A stretch of 64,000 nucleotides of DNA from Balanoglossus misakiensis (taxonomy: Eukaryota; Animalia; Hemichordata): positions 8,173,625-8,237,624 of the forward strand of contig CM082579.2 of NCBI GenBank assembly GCA_040954595.2. The letters are read 5' to 3'. The notes beneath the pieces were generated by a model. It was not told the DNA's origin. It searched no databases and saw nothing but the letters and a program-made list of their open reading frames with translations. The translations under genes were made by a program, and so were the position numbers. Positions 11,801 to 26,134 of the stretch are shown piece after piece; the first letter of the stretch is position 1; each line of letters opens with the position of its first letter.

Positions 11801-14800
11801 AAGATGGGGAAATGAAGACATACAGTTCATCATTACAAGCTTTTTATAGTACACCATGTACATGTGCTAGTCATATACACTCTGCATTCATTAAGACAAT
11901 GCAAAATATTAATGTTACTATGTTATAGATGTTGCGATGTTGACCCAGTTTTGTGAGAAGCCCTTGAATCCTTCACTTTCATAAAATAACCGTCAAATTA
12001 TCAATGATAAAAATCCAGATCACTTACATTTGTTTGCGAACGTAATCTTTGAGGGTGTCTTCATCCACTTGAAAGACCGGAGTGTTATCGTAGAGGACGT
12101 TGGCTGGTGTCTGGTTACTGTACGCATCGTACTCATAGTACGGAGGAAATGGTGAGAACTGGTTTGCATCTGGGGGTACTGTTGTCACGCACAGAGAGAA
12201 AAAATAAATTCAACGTTTCAGTATTCTCGATTTTAGACTTCAGGAAATGTGGATAATGTTATAGGATTCATCCAAGATTGAGAGACTGATGTCATATGTG
12301 GATGCGTTTTATTTTATTGATGTATGAAGTCAGCACAGCTTAAGACAATTCAATTGGAATGTTGATACATGTTAAGCATTATCAGTACAGTACAATATGG
12401 GAGGGTGACATTGTTTGATCTTGTGTTATATAGACAGTTCCCCAGGATTTTTACCATCTGGACATTTCTCAACCACTATCAATGTATCTTTAGAGAAGAA
12501 TACACACAAAAAAATAAAAGGTTGCAACACAGGCAAACCTGTTTCCTTGTGATACATGGGCCATATGCTTACATGTACTAATAAAATATAGTTATCTAGG
12601 TCAGAAAGAATATTTTTGTCATCAAAAATAAAAAAGGCTGGTCCCGCATGGCCCATAAAAATGGGATGCAATTACCAATAAAATGCATCACTGTTCATGT
12701 TTATAGAAAGAAGTATTTGGATCAACAAAACTTACAAAGACAGACTTGTAGGACATTGGTTTTGGAAAGGACACTGGGCATAGATTTGGACTGAGCAATG
12801 GTGGTGAAAGGGTTAAAACTGTGTTTAAACACATGCCACATATGTCAAATGGACCTACCTGGCCAGAACTCTTGGCGAATGTGCATCACATTTCCTCGGC
12901 CTCTTCCCCGACCTCTGCCCCGGCCGCGTCCTCTTCCCCGGAAACCACTCCGCCCTTCGCCACCATGCCTCCAATTGACCGAGTTGGATCCTGTCGATGA
13001 CAAGACAAGACAAGCAACCCATAGACATCAGTTCTAATCACGAGATCCCGCTTTTCACACGTCAATCGATCCATTTGAAAACACGAAAACAATCATCACC
13101 CCTGATAGGGCTACGCGTAGCTCTACACCAATGGCGCAGCAACTGAATCGGCCAATCAGAACCGGCCTTACAAAAAAACAACGATCACGTACCTCTCTGT
13201 GAATCATCCCTGCTTCCCCTGTCGTTGTATTCCTGGCTGGGCTTTCTGTCGCGCATCACCCTGCTGTCTCTCCTGTCTCGGCCGTCGATCTCCCGATCTC
13301 GGCTGTACTTGGGCGACTGGTGCCGCCGCTCATCCTTCCAACTCGGCTCCGGATCCAGAGCCAATGGCACCCACTTTTGCTTCCCACCTATATATATATG
13401 AAGAGGAAATCTTCAGAAAATGCATATATATATTCCCCAAATTTATAATGCAGTTTAATACAGTGGAAGACATTGTCCCTCTGTACAGTTTCACACGTAA
13501 AAGACGCGCGATCATACGCATCCCATAGAATCCCTTTCTGTACATGTAATGGCAGGCTTCATCATCCACCTACTAAAAATAACCCACTTTCCATATGGCT
13601 TGTTTTTAATGGCATAAAAGCCACAAAAATTCGATAAATCGGCAATTATAGCACATGAAGAAATTAAGAGCTACTCGAGAAGACTTGGAAATATTTCAAA
13701 ATGTGTCCAAAGCAATAGCGAGGCTGAACTTGAAACGAATTCTTGGTAATTTTCATGCCAACAAACTGTAGTTCTATGAAGAGATCGGTTCGTAGCTGTG
13801 TGTGGGTGTACAACATGGATCTGTGGTAGATACACATGCAATGCATTTTCCCTACAAGTGTTTTATAGTATTGAGGAATTTCTGGAACAGTCTTGGTGGA
13901 ATTTTGTATAGCACGTCTTTCATTCTTGTAAAAATACTAGCAACTCCTTTGCTTTTTTTGTGTCAACAATGATGACTTTTGCTGCCCATTAGATGTTAAA
14001 TTTCTACTGTTCCGTGTTGTCACGGTTGGCTGCAAACACCACATAGTGTAGAGGGGGGTAATAAAGATTTCAGTATGACATTTGCGCAGTATGATGTTGC
14101 GTGCAGTAATTTGTGAAGATGAGCTCCTTATAGAAATGTGCAGGTTGTTCTCTGTATGTTAGGGAAAGCTATCACTTCAACCCTTCACCACTGTGGTTTG
14201 GTCCAACCATTAATCTCAATGGCAATGCTGGACCTCTACACCGGGAAATGGGGGGGGGGGGGGGTGAAACGGTTAAAGCTGACTGTGGTGGTGGGTATTG
14301 TGAGCTGAGATTAGGATGCCATATGTTACAAAAAATATGAAAATACAACTCTCCAAACTTTTATGTTCTTGCGGTTACCACCCTCTCTCCTCATGCAGAA
14401 ATTAACAATTTTCTCTATTAAATATTAAACTATAAAATAAGGCTGAAATTTCTCCACTTATTATATTTATGGTTCCCTGTCAAGCTGTATAATAATCTAC
14501 AGTGTAGGAAAACAGAACAAACTCAATTTTTTAAGTACCTGTGGGAGACTGGCTCACATGTTGGCACTTATGATAAATAACCCTTTACATCCATATAATA
14601 GGCAGTGTTTATTTAAACATACTATATTAAAAAATAACAACCTGAAACATTAGCAAATACAAGGGTAGTGTTTATATTTCAGGTAAAATCTTTAAAATGA
14701 TATGAAATACTCAAAACACCAGAGGGAGAGAAAGATAACTTTCGTATTTAGATTTCCAGATTGGTGTTCAGTATTGTGTTGGCTTGTGTTCTCTGCACTG

Positions 14801-16600
14801 CCCTGGTTATTGTTATCCTCAACGGAAGCATTTATAATACCCTGCATGTGATCCGGGGAGATCTGATATAGGAACTAATATTAGTCACTCCCAGGGCAAA
14901 AGACAGCCACACCAACAATGCTGTTTAAAATACTCAGCTGGAATGTGCTTTCACTCCGCTATATAATGGACCCTGAGCCAATTCACGGTGGTGTTCAGAA
15001 AGTTGATTGTTTCAGGGTTTTAAAAATTTTGTTGATAAGGGGCCTGTGAGCTCGTGTGTACTTAACTCTTTTTTGCAACTCAACTATCGAAGTGTACAGT
15101 TACATGGCTCGGTCAAGGTCAAAAGTTACTATTCACATATTTCTGGTAGAAAATGTTACAATGTCGATGGAAAAGTCAAGGGACTGTATTCCTTGAATCC
15201 TGACACTGAAGACATTCTGGGTGAGGACAGGCTGGGTCGAGGAGGAAAGCAAAACTGGTACTGGTAGATATTGTGTGCATGAGTCATCAACAGGTGTGCT
15301 TGAAAGCAATGCATATTGTGCAATACAGCCAACCACTATAGTATAAGTAGACATGTGGGGTCAGCTATGAAATAGCCACAGATAGCATGGAAAAGTATAT
15401 AATTTTCATTCATTTGGAGGCATATGGACACTATTTCTGTGTTCTGGTTTTAAATAGAAGCAGTGTACCCTTCCCTAATACGGTGTTGAAAATTCTGCAC
15501 CAAATGCTATTATCAGTAGTACCTACTGAAAAATGCAACCGAGACAGGCATTTGCTCAAAATAAAATTCTGGTCATTTTTCTATTATTGTTTGGTGTATT
15601 ACTGTTTTGTTCCACTCCCAGACCATTGTCAGTGCCGACAAATGAAATTCTGGCACAGACTTGAATTCAGTTGTCACCGAGAACAATGCTGAGCAACTGT
15701 ACAAATACAGGCCGTGTTGATAAAACTAAGCACCAATAATTTCATCAGACCACACACACCTAATATAGAACAAAAAATATTGGGGAAATGGTATCTATAG
15801 CTAATGGTGATTATGGAGCTTGAAGGGGCATTGTGACACAAATATCAGTGAAGTTCCAATCATGGTTTGGGAACTTGAACTGTTAAAATAAAATACATAG
15901 GAAATGACCAATTACACATGTATCATACTCTAGTTAAAATAGGAAATAATTGGGATAAATTCGTAAATGTCCAATTTTGCTCGTATTTTAAGGGTGTTAC
16001 AAGGGTCAATGATTTCTAATGTTTATTTGTATCATGTATGTTTGCACGGTGCCACCCCATTCCATTCTAGGTTTGGAAAACATATTTCAGTGAAAATTAG
16101 TTCTCAGAACAGATAATAGTTTAGCATTTACCATTCCTTTACTGTTCACACTTGGAACTCTATTTCTCTTAATTTTACCACTGCAAACAGTACACAGACC
16201 AGATATGGAAGATCATCAAGGTTTGTTAGGAAAGGTGGAGGGGAGATTTTCGCATCTGAATACTGTGACCAGCACAGGAAATGTTAGAACAAGTAAAACA
16301 CTAATAGCCCGAAGGTCAAACCATTATGATCAGATCGTGACATTTCGGAAAAATTGCTGTCTCTCTAATAACCTGTGCAAGCAGAAATAATAACTGTCCA
16401 GTGCGTAAATGTCAGAGGTCATTCTGATATTGTCATACATAAGCACAGATATGATCTGGACCTTGTAGAATAAGTGAAGTATTACATGTAGTATAGCTGA
16501 CACAAAGCATTCTTTTCTCTTAAACACCTCATCTTCCTGACATGATAAAACAAACAAACAAACAAACAAATAAACAGATAGATCAATCAATCAATGAAAG

Positions 16601-16635
<35 letters not shown>

Positions 16636-19600
16636 TTTATATACAAAGACTTGTTGTTACTCAATGTTTTCAAATTTTAAATGTTCAGACAGATGTTCGT
16701 ATCAGGCATATTTCCAGTTTCATTCACACAAAAATCACAATGAACAACACAATATTTTGTGATACATACTCCGAGCACACTGTGTGTGAACATAAAGGGA
16801 GTGACTGATGCAATCTATCTACTGACATACTTCCGAGTCGCATTACCATACAGCCACATGCAAAAACCGAGGCACATAAATAACTAGGTAAATACTTGAT
16901 ATTTTTTTAAACACCTTCAGCGAGCTTCAGAGTAACTGCAGGGTAGAATTTTTTTTTAATGATGTACTAGCTGATGGTTTGTGGCAGTTAGATTCTGACA
17001 CCATCTGCTAGTTGGTTGCTAACTGGGAGCTGGGGAGTTGATGCGTTTTCACAAAACTGATCTTTTCCAACAGATATAGCCGGAATCCTACAGTGTTGGC
17101 GCCTGCCTGCACGTGTATGTGCGTGGGTGGAAGGGTGGGTGTTGCTGGCTATGATGGTATGAGCAATTAACCCAAATTTTGGCAATTACGGCATGTACAG
17201 TACTACTCTCATTACTCTTTAATTCCTCGACGGTGTAAGCAGGTATCTGGGGGAGTGCGTGTGTGCGTGTGTGTGTGTGGGTGGATATGGACACGCACAT
17301 GTCCTGAAAAATACAACCTTTATTTTCTAACTTCCACACCACTCACTATTGTTTGGAATTTGACAAAAGATCCTGTTCTGACAAAACTGTTCATGTTTCC
17401 AGCAAACGACAGGGCACCTTTGTATTGATCGGGGGATCGGCAGTTAATTATATCTCACCTCTCTTCTTGTTTTTCAGCGAACTGGACTCCTCTTTATTGC
17501 TCGTCTCCACGCTCGTGTCCTTGTTCTCTTTACCGGCGTCTTCCACATCTTTGATGACCTTCGGAGACTTCACCTTCGGAGACTTGATCTCCACCTTCAC
17601 CGGTTTGGGCGACACAGGAACCTGATTGGAGAAAAGAAATGAACACACTTTAGCGAACAAAGTTCCAACACCGATGCATCGGATATGGACCATGCCAGAC
17701 AAATTAAGTATACAGAGATTTGCATGTATGCTGAACATAATTTCCCTGTGCCAAATTGATGCAAACAGCAATTGTTACTGAGTAGATCCAGACTCAGTTT
17801 TACTTTGCTTGTTGGTACATGTACACAGGTAAAAATGTACTTGTATTTTAATCATTGCTCAATAAACAAAAAGTACAAAAATGTACCAGTATGATCAGTT
17901 TACTTCAGATCGTTCAACTACTGCAGTATGCTAAAGTCCTATGACAGCGTAAGAAAGAAACATGGGTCTGTCTGTACTTTGATTGGTTAATTCCAAGTAA
18001 CAGATTACACATCACAGAATTTGGAAAATACACAGACCTCTTTCTCTTTGATTTCCTGTTGCAGTTCGCTTGGGGTTGGCCAGTTAGTGACATCACTAAA
18101 ATCAGCTACCTGTCAACGAAACAAAACACAATAATTAGTTATATATATATATTTATAAACATTTCCTCTCAACAAGTGGGCTAAGTTAGCAAGACACTGC
18201 CACAATATACAAAGTACATTTCATAGGGGAAACCCAGTTAAAAATCTGAAGAATCTGACCTTGAGGTTCCTGTCACCATCCTAACATACATACGAAGTGA
18301 CCTTGAAATATTGTCACACCATACTCGGACACCCGACTCAGACTGGCCTACTGCCACGGTATTGTTTGCGCTAAAATACACTTGCATGAAACGATTGGCT
18401 AGATTCTTTAGGGTAACTGGATCGTAGGGGACTAGGCAGACAGACGGCATATCTAGCATAATTCCGCTGCAAATCAACACGGCAGGTAAAATCGAGGTGT
18501 TCATTCATAACCTGGGAAGTGAGGCCAATGAATAGGGAAAAATAGGGGGAAAAAAGTGTAGTGCTTTTCCATTACAGACGGTCAGCGCCATGGAGGTTAC
18601 TGTGCCCCATAAAAAATGCACGGGTTTAGTGGAAACTTAATCACACACACTTTGGTGCAAATGGGATTTTTGTTCCAGGACATGTGATATCCAGTGGAGA
18701 ACACATTGTTCACCAAATCTGTGACAAGTCTGTGACCTGACTGATTTTAACCAGGATTTCTGCTGATACAGTCTGCCACCTGATCAATGGACAACATCAA
18801 TAAAATGTAGAATCATTTTTTTTTCTAAATGAGTGATATTGTGAGATCTTGCCCACATATTGACTACATGGCAATTAACGTTTGTAATAACAAACGAGAG
18901 TTAAACACAGAGTCACGATGAAGATAAATATAGGATCAACCCACTCATCTATTTCCCCCACACGCTGCGTCGATTTCATGTGGATCAGTCAAATCTGACA
19001 GAATTTGAAAGCAGCCAATCAATGTCCAGCTAACGCTATCACCAGTAATCACTTTCCCTCGGTTTACCCACCCCCTAACTTAACTAACTGTTTGGATATC
19101 ATCTGTCACAACCACTGGCCACGTGGCTTCTTAGGAACCTACATGTAACTAAAGAGACTGGATCCTGTTTATATCACTTTATCAGCACTGTAGAGGCAAC
19201 TACACACTTGCACGATCAACTCTACAAGTTTTTCTGAAGACATTAGTATGCACTTGTTTTGAAAAGGTGGCACATTCAGTTCTACCCGGAGATATTCCCA
19301 ATTGTTTGAAACGCTTGTACAATAACAGTAATCGGTAAACAACTTTTGCTGTCTCCGTCTAAGGACAGATATTCAGATAAACAATATCTTGAACAGTATT
19401 CAGGCAAGAAAACAAACTAGTCTGACATATAACACATAACATTGTAATGTTAACAGGGTTCTCCCCAGGCCCAAACAGCGTCGGGGGCCCCGACGCTATC
19501 ACTAACGGCCCCGACGCTATGGCTTTCCCCCGACGCTATTATGTCTGCCCGCTACGCTAACATGTTATTGTCAACTCCATATTTTTGCCTTACGTCCGCC

Positions 19601-22600
19601 TTTGTTTTTACCATAACTTGCTACTTCCTTTCAATTCTTGATGAATAGTGAACACAACGGAGTCATTTCACACCTTTCACAGTGTTAATCACGGCTTTAA
19701 TCACCCTAGAAGCAACGCAGCTCTGCACGCTGTCAAGAGCAGTACGCTGCCCATTTCATTCAGTGCACCAGTTATCTTCAGACAGGCGTCCTATAAATAG
19801 CATCATAGCCCTAGTAACACGCACGCACGCACAGATGGCAACAAGTGAGCGTACGCATTTTGCAACACCTTATCTAAACTTGTCAAAAGATGTAGCAACT
19901 TTTGTTGGAGGTCATGCTATGCGTCCACAAATCTGCAGAATACTTGTACACTACACACAGGATAGCAGACGACATAATTGGGGGGGGGGGGGGGCACAGT
20001 GATGTCAAATAGAAGCTTATGCTATATGTAAATTTTATGTTAATTAATATGCAAATTAGCATGCAAATTAGCCCCGACGCTATGATTTTTTCCTGGGGAG
20101 AACCCTGGTTAATTCACACCATCAGGATGGTTCAGCTCGATCAGATCCGGGTTCGACAGGACAGAATTACATTAGCATGATTCATTCTTTACAGTACTCC
20201 TGTACATCAGTCTTCAGATACAAGTTTCTGCTGTGAAAACTTCTCGGTATTCACACAACTCTTTTGGCTAGCCTATAAACTCTAAACACACATGTTTTAC
20301 CACCCCATCATCCCCTTCAACTACCTAGTACTTCTACATGAGGACTGACAACTGCCAACACTTTTAAAACAATAACAGGTAATGCCATTCTACTAGGTAT
20401 ACAATTCACATTTAAATTTTAATTCACCACTCGATTACCCACAAGCGGCTAGTAAACGTGTCAATATTCATATTTGGCTTCAAGCCACTGAGCAGAATCC
20501 GAATGTGATGCCAACATATGGCGGAAAACAGCACATCATATTCGCACCATGTGGCCAGCCTTGTGTTGCCATTTCCAGTGAAAAACTCTCATTCTCGTTT
20601 CCGTGATCAAAATACACCATTTCACACTTATGATCAATTAAATTACTCTCGCATTAAAGAGATACATCTGCTCCTTCTTGCTTCAAAACCTCCGAGTTTA
20701 ACAATAGAAATTAATCCAGGAATGAGAACACATTTTGTATTTAACCTGATCAGTTTCACTCCAGTCTGGATACTATCAACTGGTATAAGGCTGACAAAAA
20801 TATTTCATTGCAACTGTTCACTATCATTTATTTTGTGTGGTAAGAAAGGATGTATGTCCTGAACACTTGTAATAAAATTGCAAAAACACATATGTTTTTC
20901 AGAAGACCAGAAATTAACAGATTAAGATAATGAACAGACAGACTCACCTTTACAGGTTTCTTTTCACTTGCTCGTATCACTGTTGCTGTGGTGTGCTCTG
21001 CTGGGGGGGAAAAAGGAATAGAATAGGTTAAAATTTACTAGACGCACAATTTCTGACAAAAAGGCTACCCAGAAAAGAACACATTAATGATCTGCCGCAT
21101 TTAGAATGAGACCACCGAGGTATAAAACACACACCATATGGCAGAAAATATGACTGGAGCATAAACATGCTTAACTGCAGAGTGATGAAGTCAACTCGAC
21201 GTGTTCCAACTCAATGACTGAATAGGGAGATTTATGCTGTACTCCGTGGCTCTTATCGGCTTATAAATGACGCTCAAATGACTATTTTCGTGGTTTAATT
21301 TACAAGCCGGTACCCACAACCCACTCATATTATTAGCACAATTAGTTGAACTCCGCTCTTCTTGAAATAAGTGGCTCTTTCGGACAACTTCATCAATTAC
21401 AAGTCCCGGTTTAAATACTGAACAGTTGTTTCGTCCAATAGTCACCTGTTGCCACTGTCACTGACTTTTAACATTTGACTTGCCTGATTTCGGTACACAT
21501 CAATTGGACATGATTACTCGCACAGTGGGTGTTACAAGAGGATCATCTCATTTTGATAACAGGAAATTATCACAAAAGCCGTCATTATAGTGAAGAGGGT
21601 CATTACTGTTAAAAATATCATTAGGTATTTGGTTTCAATGGGTTAGAAATAAACACCATGAAAGTGCAACAAATTTTACAACAGCCTGCAGGCAGGGAGA
21701 AAAACTGCTAGTACAACTGACGACCACAATCTCGATTGAGATCAGACGTTCGACCTTACACAACTTCCATCCCACTTGTAGACACAAGAGTGAAAAACTC
21801 GCCAAAGTGAATAATCGGTGTTTACCGTTTATTCACTTTGGCGAGATTTTTACTCTCATATATTATAAATGGGATGGAAGGTGTTTGTGGTCAAACGTTG
21901 ATTCACTATATATCCACATGTACATTAACATAAACGGTGTCTTGTATCAAACATAAATAATGGATAAAGGGCAGCGAGAGAGAGACTTTGTCCCTTTAAT
22001 TAATTTGAGAGACAAAAAGTTCAAGATCTAGAATTTCTCTCTTCCAGTCAAGAACTTTTTACAAACCTAGGGCTTTTCAGCATGACTTGCAGTTGGCCTG
22101 GGTTGTACAACTGATCTTTGACCCCAATTTACCCACAATACACTATTTGACCCCTGCTAATTTGACAAACTACTCTGGACCCTATGATTACCCAGTGTTG
22201 ACCTAATAAACACATGTGAATGTAAATTTAAATGCACATATATGTTCTAATGAGATTGCAGACATGATTTAGACCCCAACTATCAATGGTTTCCTACCTC
22301 CCTGGCATTTGTAACAGAAACTGCATTTTTTTAAATTATACCCGGTAAACTGAATTACCAGGAAGCAAGTTTATAAGTTCAGATGAAAGGACTTAATTAA
22401 GGCAGGTACAGTTGTACACAAAACACTTCCTGTCAAATTGTGCACTGAATACAAATATTCTGTACATGCCTTGTTTTGGTTAATATTTTATCACCAGATT
22501 AGAAATATTATAGAAACATCAAAATTGACATACACTGTCATTATTAACAGTAAATGAAACCACACCCAGGTTTTTTGCAAAGTTCTACTTCTGGTTGAGT

Positions 22601-25541
22601 TCTCAGTCAATCTGAAATGATGCGCTGTTTAGCCAAACTTTCACGAAGTACAATTTATGATATCACAGCCTATACTGACCAAAAAATCATCTAATATCAG
22701 CAACACCATTCAAGAGCATGTCAAAGTGAAAACCACCTTGTATACACAAAACAATGATGCCATTTCTTCTCCACCAAATCTACCCTCCTTTTACACTCAA
22801 CCAGAATTATTTCTTTATTAACATTTGGACCCACAATCAATTTGTACTGGTAATAGTAGGCAACACTTCCACTGTTCATTCACAAAGTAGTTCATCCACC
22901 TTTCTATATTCAAACAGCATGTCACCTATGTAACATATTGTAAACAAGACACCCAAACATGACCTTACTATCTAAGACTATGAATTTCTACTGATACCAA
23001 ATCCTCAGGACCCTGGCACTGCAAGAGAGTGCTGAAGTCTCATGTTGGTCTGTCTGCTACAGTTGTATCTTGTCACATCTGACAAAACTCTAATTTTACA
23101 CGTACAAGTAAACACATTCAAGGGAGGGCTAATTTATTCAAAATGGCCACCAAACCCACTCAAAAAGAGCTTAGCACCACTGACCTTGTATTTGACCCCA
23201 TTTCAATACACCACAACAAACCATAACCATTGATTAGCTAAAGTGATGCACTGTAACAGTACACTGTACAGATGTGCACATCAGCTGATCCCGCGGGTCA
23301 GCAACATTGAAATTAACGCACAAATGTTGACACTGGTCAATTTCTCTATCAGCTCCAAGAAACTCTGACAAAGTTTGTTTATTGGTCACCATTCTGTCTT
23401 CTTGTTCTGATGCAAAGGTGTATGCTCATTTCTGAACAGAAACTTAAGCTTTAGCCTAAGCAGTTAGAGTGATGCCCCAGCTTCATCAATTCATATAAGG
23501 CAAATTTTACAGCAATAAAACTCATTGTTCACTGGCCTTGTAAATATTTGATAAGAGTTCTTTCTACATGTACTAGAGGGTCGGGGTCAGCTTGACATTG
23601 GGGAGGTCAACTCACCTTACAAGCCATGAGTTCATCTCCACCCAAGTAATTAATGATCTTTTGAAGCTGATCTTTTTTTCATGTTTTGAAATTATTATTT
23701 TAAAAACAGTGTTCTTCTTTGTTTGTGAATTACACTTTCAGTTTCACCCTGTTATGATATCTCTAGTTTTACCTCCAATCTACACACGCCTGAGCTACTG
23801 CCATAGGAATAGGTCTGTCTGTGGCTGGAGGCATATCTCAAGAACAGATGACTGGATTGCCATTAATTAAAGTTGGTAAATAGATTCTATACCGAATGAT
23901 AAGTATTGAATAGCTTTTGTTGGGTGTCTCTTGCATGATTCACGTTGATTTTACATAATTTACAAACATTATTCAGAACTCCGATTATTTTATAATGACT
24001 GCATCAGATTTGGCAAATTTTGCTGTACGAGATGCAACAGTACTCAGTTATACTTCACAGAACCCCAAGTCATCTAATCCTTCAAAGCTTCATAAAATGA
24101 CAAAGTGGATTTCAAAATCTGTACATGTACAATTACCTGATCCATACTTGGGGCTCTGTTTATGATCAGTGAATAAAACTCTGCATATTCGCATTTATGA
24201 CATCACTATAAGTATTTAATCAGTGAAAATGCAGCTTTGTTGACAATCTTTGAAAGAGTAATAACTTATGACCACACAAATATGTTTAATTATTTGTATC
24301 ATGGTCCTAAATTTATTCTCATTCAAAGAAAACAACAAAAAACCTACATTTTCACAGCTTACAAAAATTCACCTCGGCAACTGTTGCCTAGCAAATGGCA
24401 TCTCTGGCAACTTTCTCTTCATAATAATGGATGCATGTGATTGTGTCAGTTAAGTTCTGTTGGTAGTTTTTACATAGATGTTACTCTGAATGAATTTTTT
24501 GCTTGGTATTATAACTATCACAAAAGAAAGAGGTCTAACATAATGTCAACATATCAGGACATTACCACCCCTGCGATTCTGAACAGACTTTACTGATGTT
24601 TGAACTTGGCTGAACAAACCAATCAAAAGTTAGTAAAATAGTTCACTCTAACGGATAGGCTATGAATTTTACTTTAGTCATTTTTAAGAGTTACATTGTA
24701 ACTTACAAAAAAAGGTGTATCATGCAAGCTATACAAATACCTGCATAATGGAAAAATTGAAAGAATGAAAATTTGAAAGCAACAAAAATTTCTTCATGCC
24801 AGTAATGCACTTTTGAGTCTATTACCACTAAAAATTGGCTGCAGTGCAGAATGACAGAGGACCTCCAATTCACAAGTGAGGATCTCATGAATATTAAATA
24901 GCCAGGTGGCTCAAGCTGACAGGCTTGCATATAGCACATTACCATGATTACGGTATGGTACACTTGTTCTGCAATGAATTTGACGTTACATCTTAAATCC
25001 TAAATAATCCCCTTTTAAACACAGACGCTAACTGTGGGAAGTTTCAGGTGCCTGAGGTGGGTCATGCATGTGGGGTTTAAATCTGATAGGCACTGAATGA
25101 ACGCTGTTGAATAATTATCCAAATTCTGATTACTATCAGCAAGTAGACTCAACCCTTCGAAATACCCTTAAATAACTGAAAGGCAACACCTGTTCAAGTC
25201 GACTCATTCATACTTTTTTTCATCAATGAATAAAACTTCAATATGAATCCCATTTTGTGCGATGGATACAAACCTTCACTAGTATTGGTAACGTTATAGT
25301 TTCCGTTTTTAGTCCAGGGATTTGTCTTCGGTACTGGCGCTTCTTCGAATTTCCTCTCATCGTTGTTGTCTGAATTGTCCTCCCCTTCATCCTTCGAGTT
25401 CTGCAGCTGCGGTGAATCACTTTCACCTGTGGTCCTTGTTGGGTCTACTTGCCCAATATGTTCAGTCCTGAACTCCTCGTCGGGGTTCTGGGTCGTCTCG
25501 GCTATCGGAGTTGGATGCGGTTGGGCTACTTCGGTCGCCAT
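5802..25541 (-). CDS. LARP1: La-related protein 1 (LARP1/LARP1B pro-orthologue), 19 coding exons, ~1030 aa
   Basis: Exons in transcript order: 25274-25541, 20948-21000, 17459-17621, 13193-13387, 12859-12990, 12028-12178, 11602-11656, 11158-11247, 10680-10863, 10084-10265, 9674-9795, 9013-9232, 8561-8714, 7946-8130, 7610-7716, 7327-7475, 6806-7060, 6448-6572, 5802-6104. All are GT-AG with compatible phases, total 3093 nt. Motifs: [19 protein letters not shown] repeat, La motif ([44 protein letters not shown]), PAM2-like [19 protein letters not shown], and DM15 repeats ([14 protein letters not shown]...[20 protein letters not shown]...[16 protein letters not shown]). The 53-nt exon at 20948-21000 is the least certain. 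Confidence 0.96.
10958..11480. repeat. Imperfect ~95-bp direct repeat (about 10958-11052 and 11390-11480) in the introns flanking a LARP1 exon
   Basis: Shared blocks GCCTCATACA, TCTTCAAAGT, AGTATGTGAACAGCA and TATGAACAATAATCA appear in the same order in both introns. Confidence 0.7.
12780..12816. mobile_element. Partial copy of a piggyBac-like mini-element (one terminus)
   Basis: TAGATTTGG...ATGGTGGTGAAAGGG|TTAA matches the ends of the copies at 27597-27689 and 60336-60418. Confidence 0.6.
14177..14276. mobile_element. piggyBac-like MITE (~95 bp), opposite orientation to the other copies
   Basis: TCAA|CCCTTCACC ... GGTGAAACGG|TTAA, i.e. degenerate TIRs with TTAA-type flanks. The internal TGGTTTGGTCCAA is complementary to the TTGGGCYAAACCA of the other copies. 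Confidence 0.65.
16551..16635. repeat. Compound microsatellite (CAAA)n/(CAAT)n
   Basis: Directly visible tetranucleotide runs. Confidence 0.9.
19454..20107. mobile_element. Non-autonomous hAT-like DNA transposon (654 bp) with a 5-bp TSD, in a LARP1 intron
   Basis: Perfect 16-bp TIRs CAGGGTTCTCCCCAGG (19454-19469) and CCTGGGGAGAACCCTG (20092-20107). Flanked by the direct repeat GTTAA (19449-19453, 20108-20112). Subterminal CCCCGACGCTAT motif occurs three times at the left end and once at the right end. No transposase ORF. Confidence 0.85.
21746..21898. repeat. Fold-back (palindromic) element in a LARP1 intron
   Basis: Inner arms 21787-21819 and 21824-21856 are 33 bp with 3 mismatches and a 4-nt loop. 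Outer complementary blocks: CTTCCATCCCA/TGGGATGGAAG and ACGTTCGACC/GGTCAAACGT. Confidence 0.85.
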
Positions 25542-26134
25542 GTTGCCGATGCCCAACGTTCGCTCTTTTCGGTCGCGTTCTCCTTCGGCACGTGCACGAC
25601 ACGCGTACAGTCGGTTTGTCAGAACAAAACAAGGCCTAAGCTAAGCTGTAGACAAACCAGTTCACCGGTGGTCGACTAGCTCTTCAATATCGGTTCGTTA
25701 CAAGTCTCCCAAAACCTTCCATATGGACAGACAGCTTCTGTGTTCACGCTCTCGCAGCAGCACTGAGAAGTAGTACGAAAGGTCACACGCGGTATTGCAG
25801 ACTACAGACCAGACCTGTACAACCGGCTGGATACAAAGTATAGCCGAAATAACGGTATATAATTGGCGCAGTTCTTCTGCCCGTCGCAAGTTTCTTAATC
25901 TGTCCGACTTTCTGACTGTCAACAGCACTAATATTTCATCAATATTGCGAAATATCTGTTATGAACAACATCACAGTAGACATCACAAATGGGACTTTCA
26001 GCTGCAGTCTGTGCAAATATGATGTCGGTTTTACCACGTGTACTTCGCAGTCTGTTTCCTCAACAAATGCTTGATACGGACCGGCGTAACTTGTCTTATA
26101 CACGGACAGTGTGCCGACAAAGTGGAAGACTTAC

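Noticed and set aside
21191-21445. 84-codon minus-strand ORF in a LARP1 intron as an extra exon
   Set aside because: Ends in a stop, has no convincing donor or LARP1 similarity, and is not needed for the reading frame.
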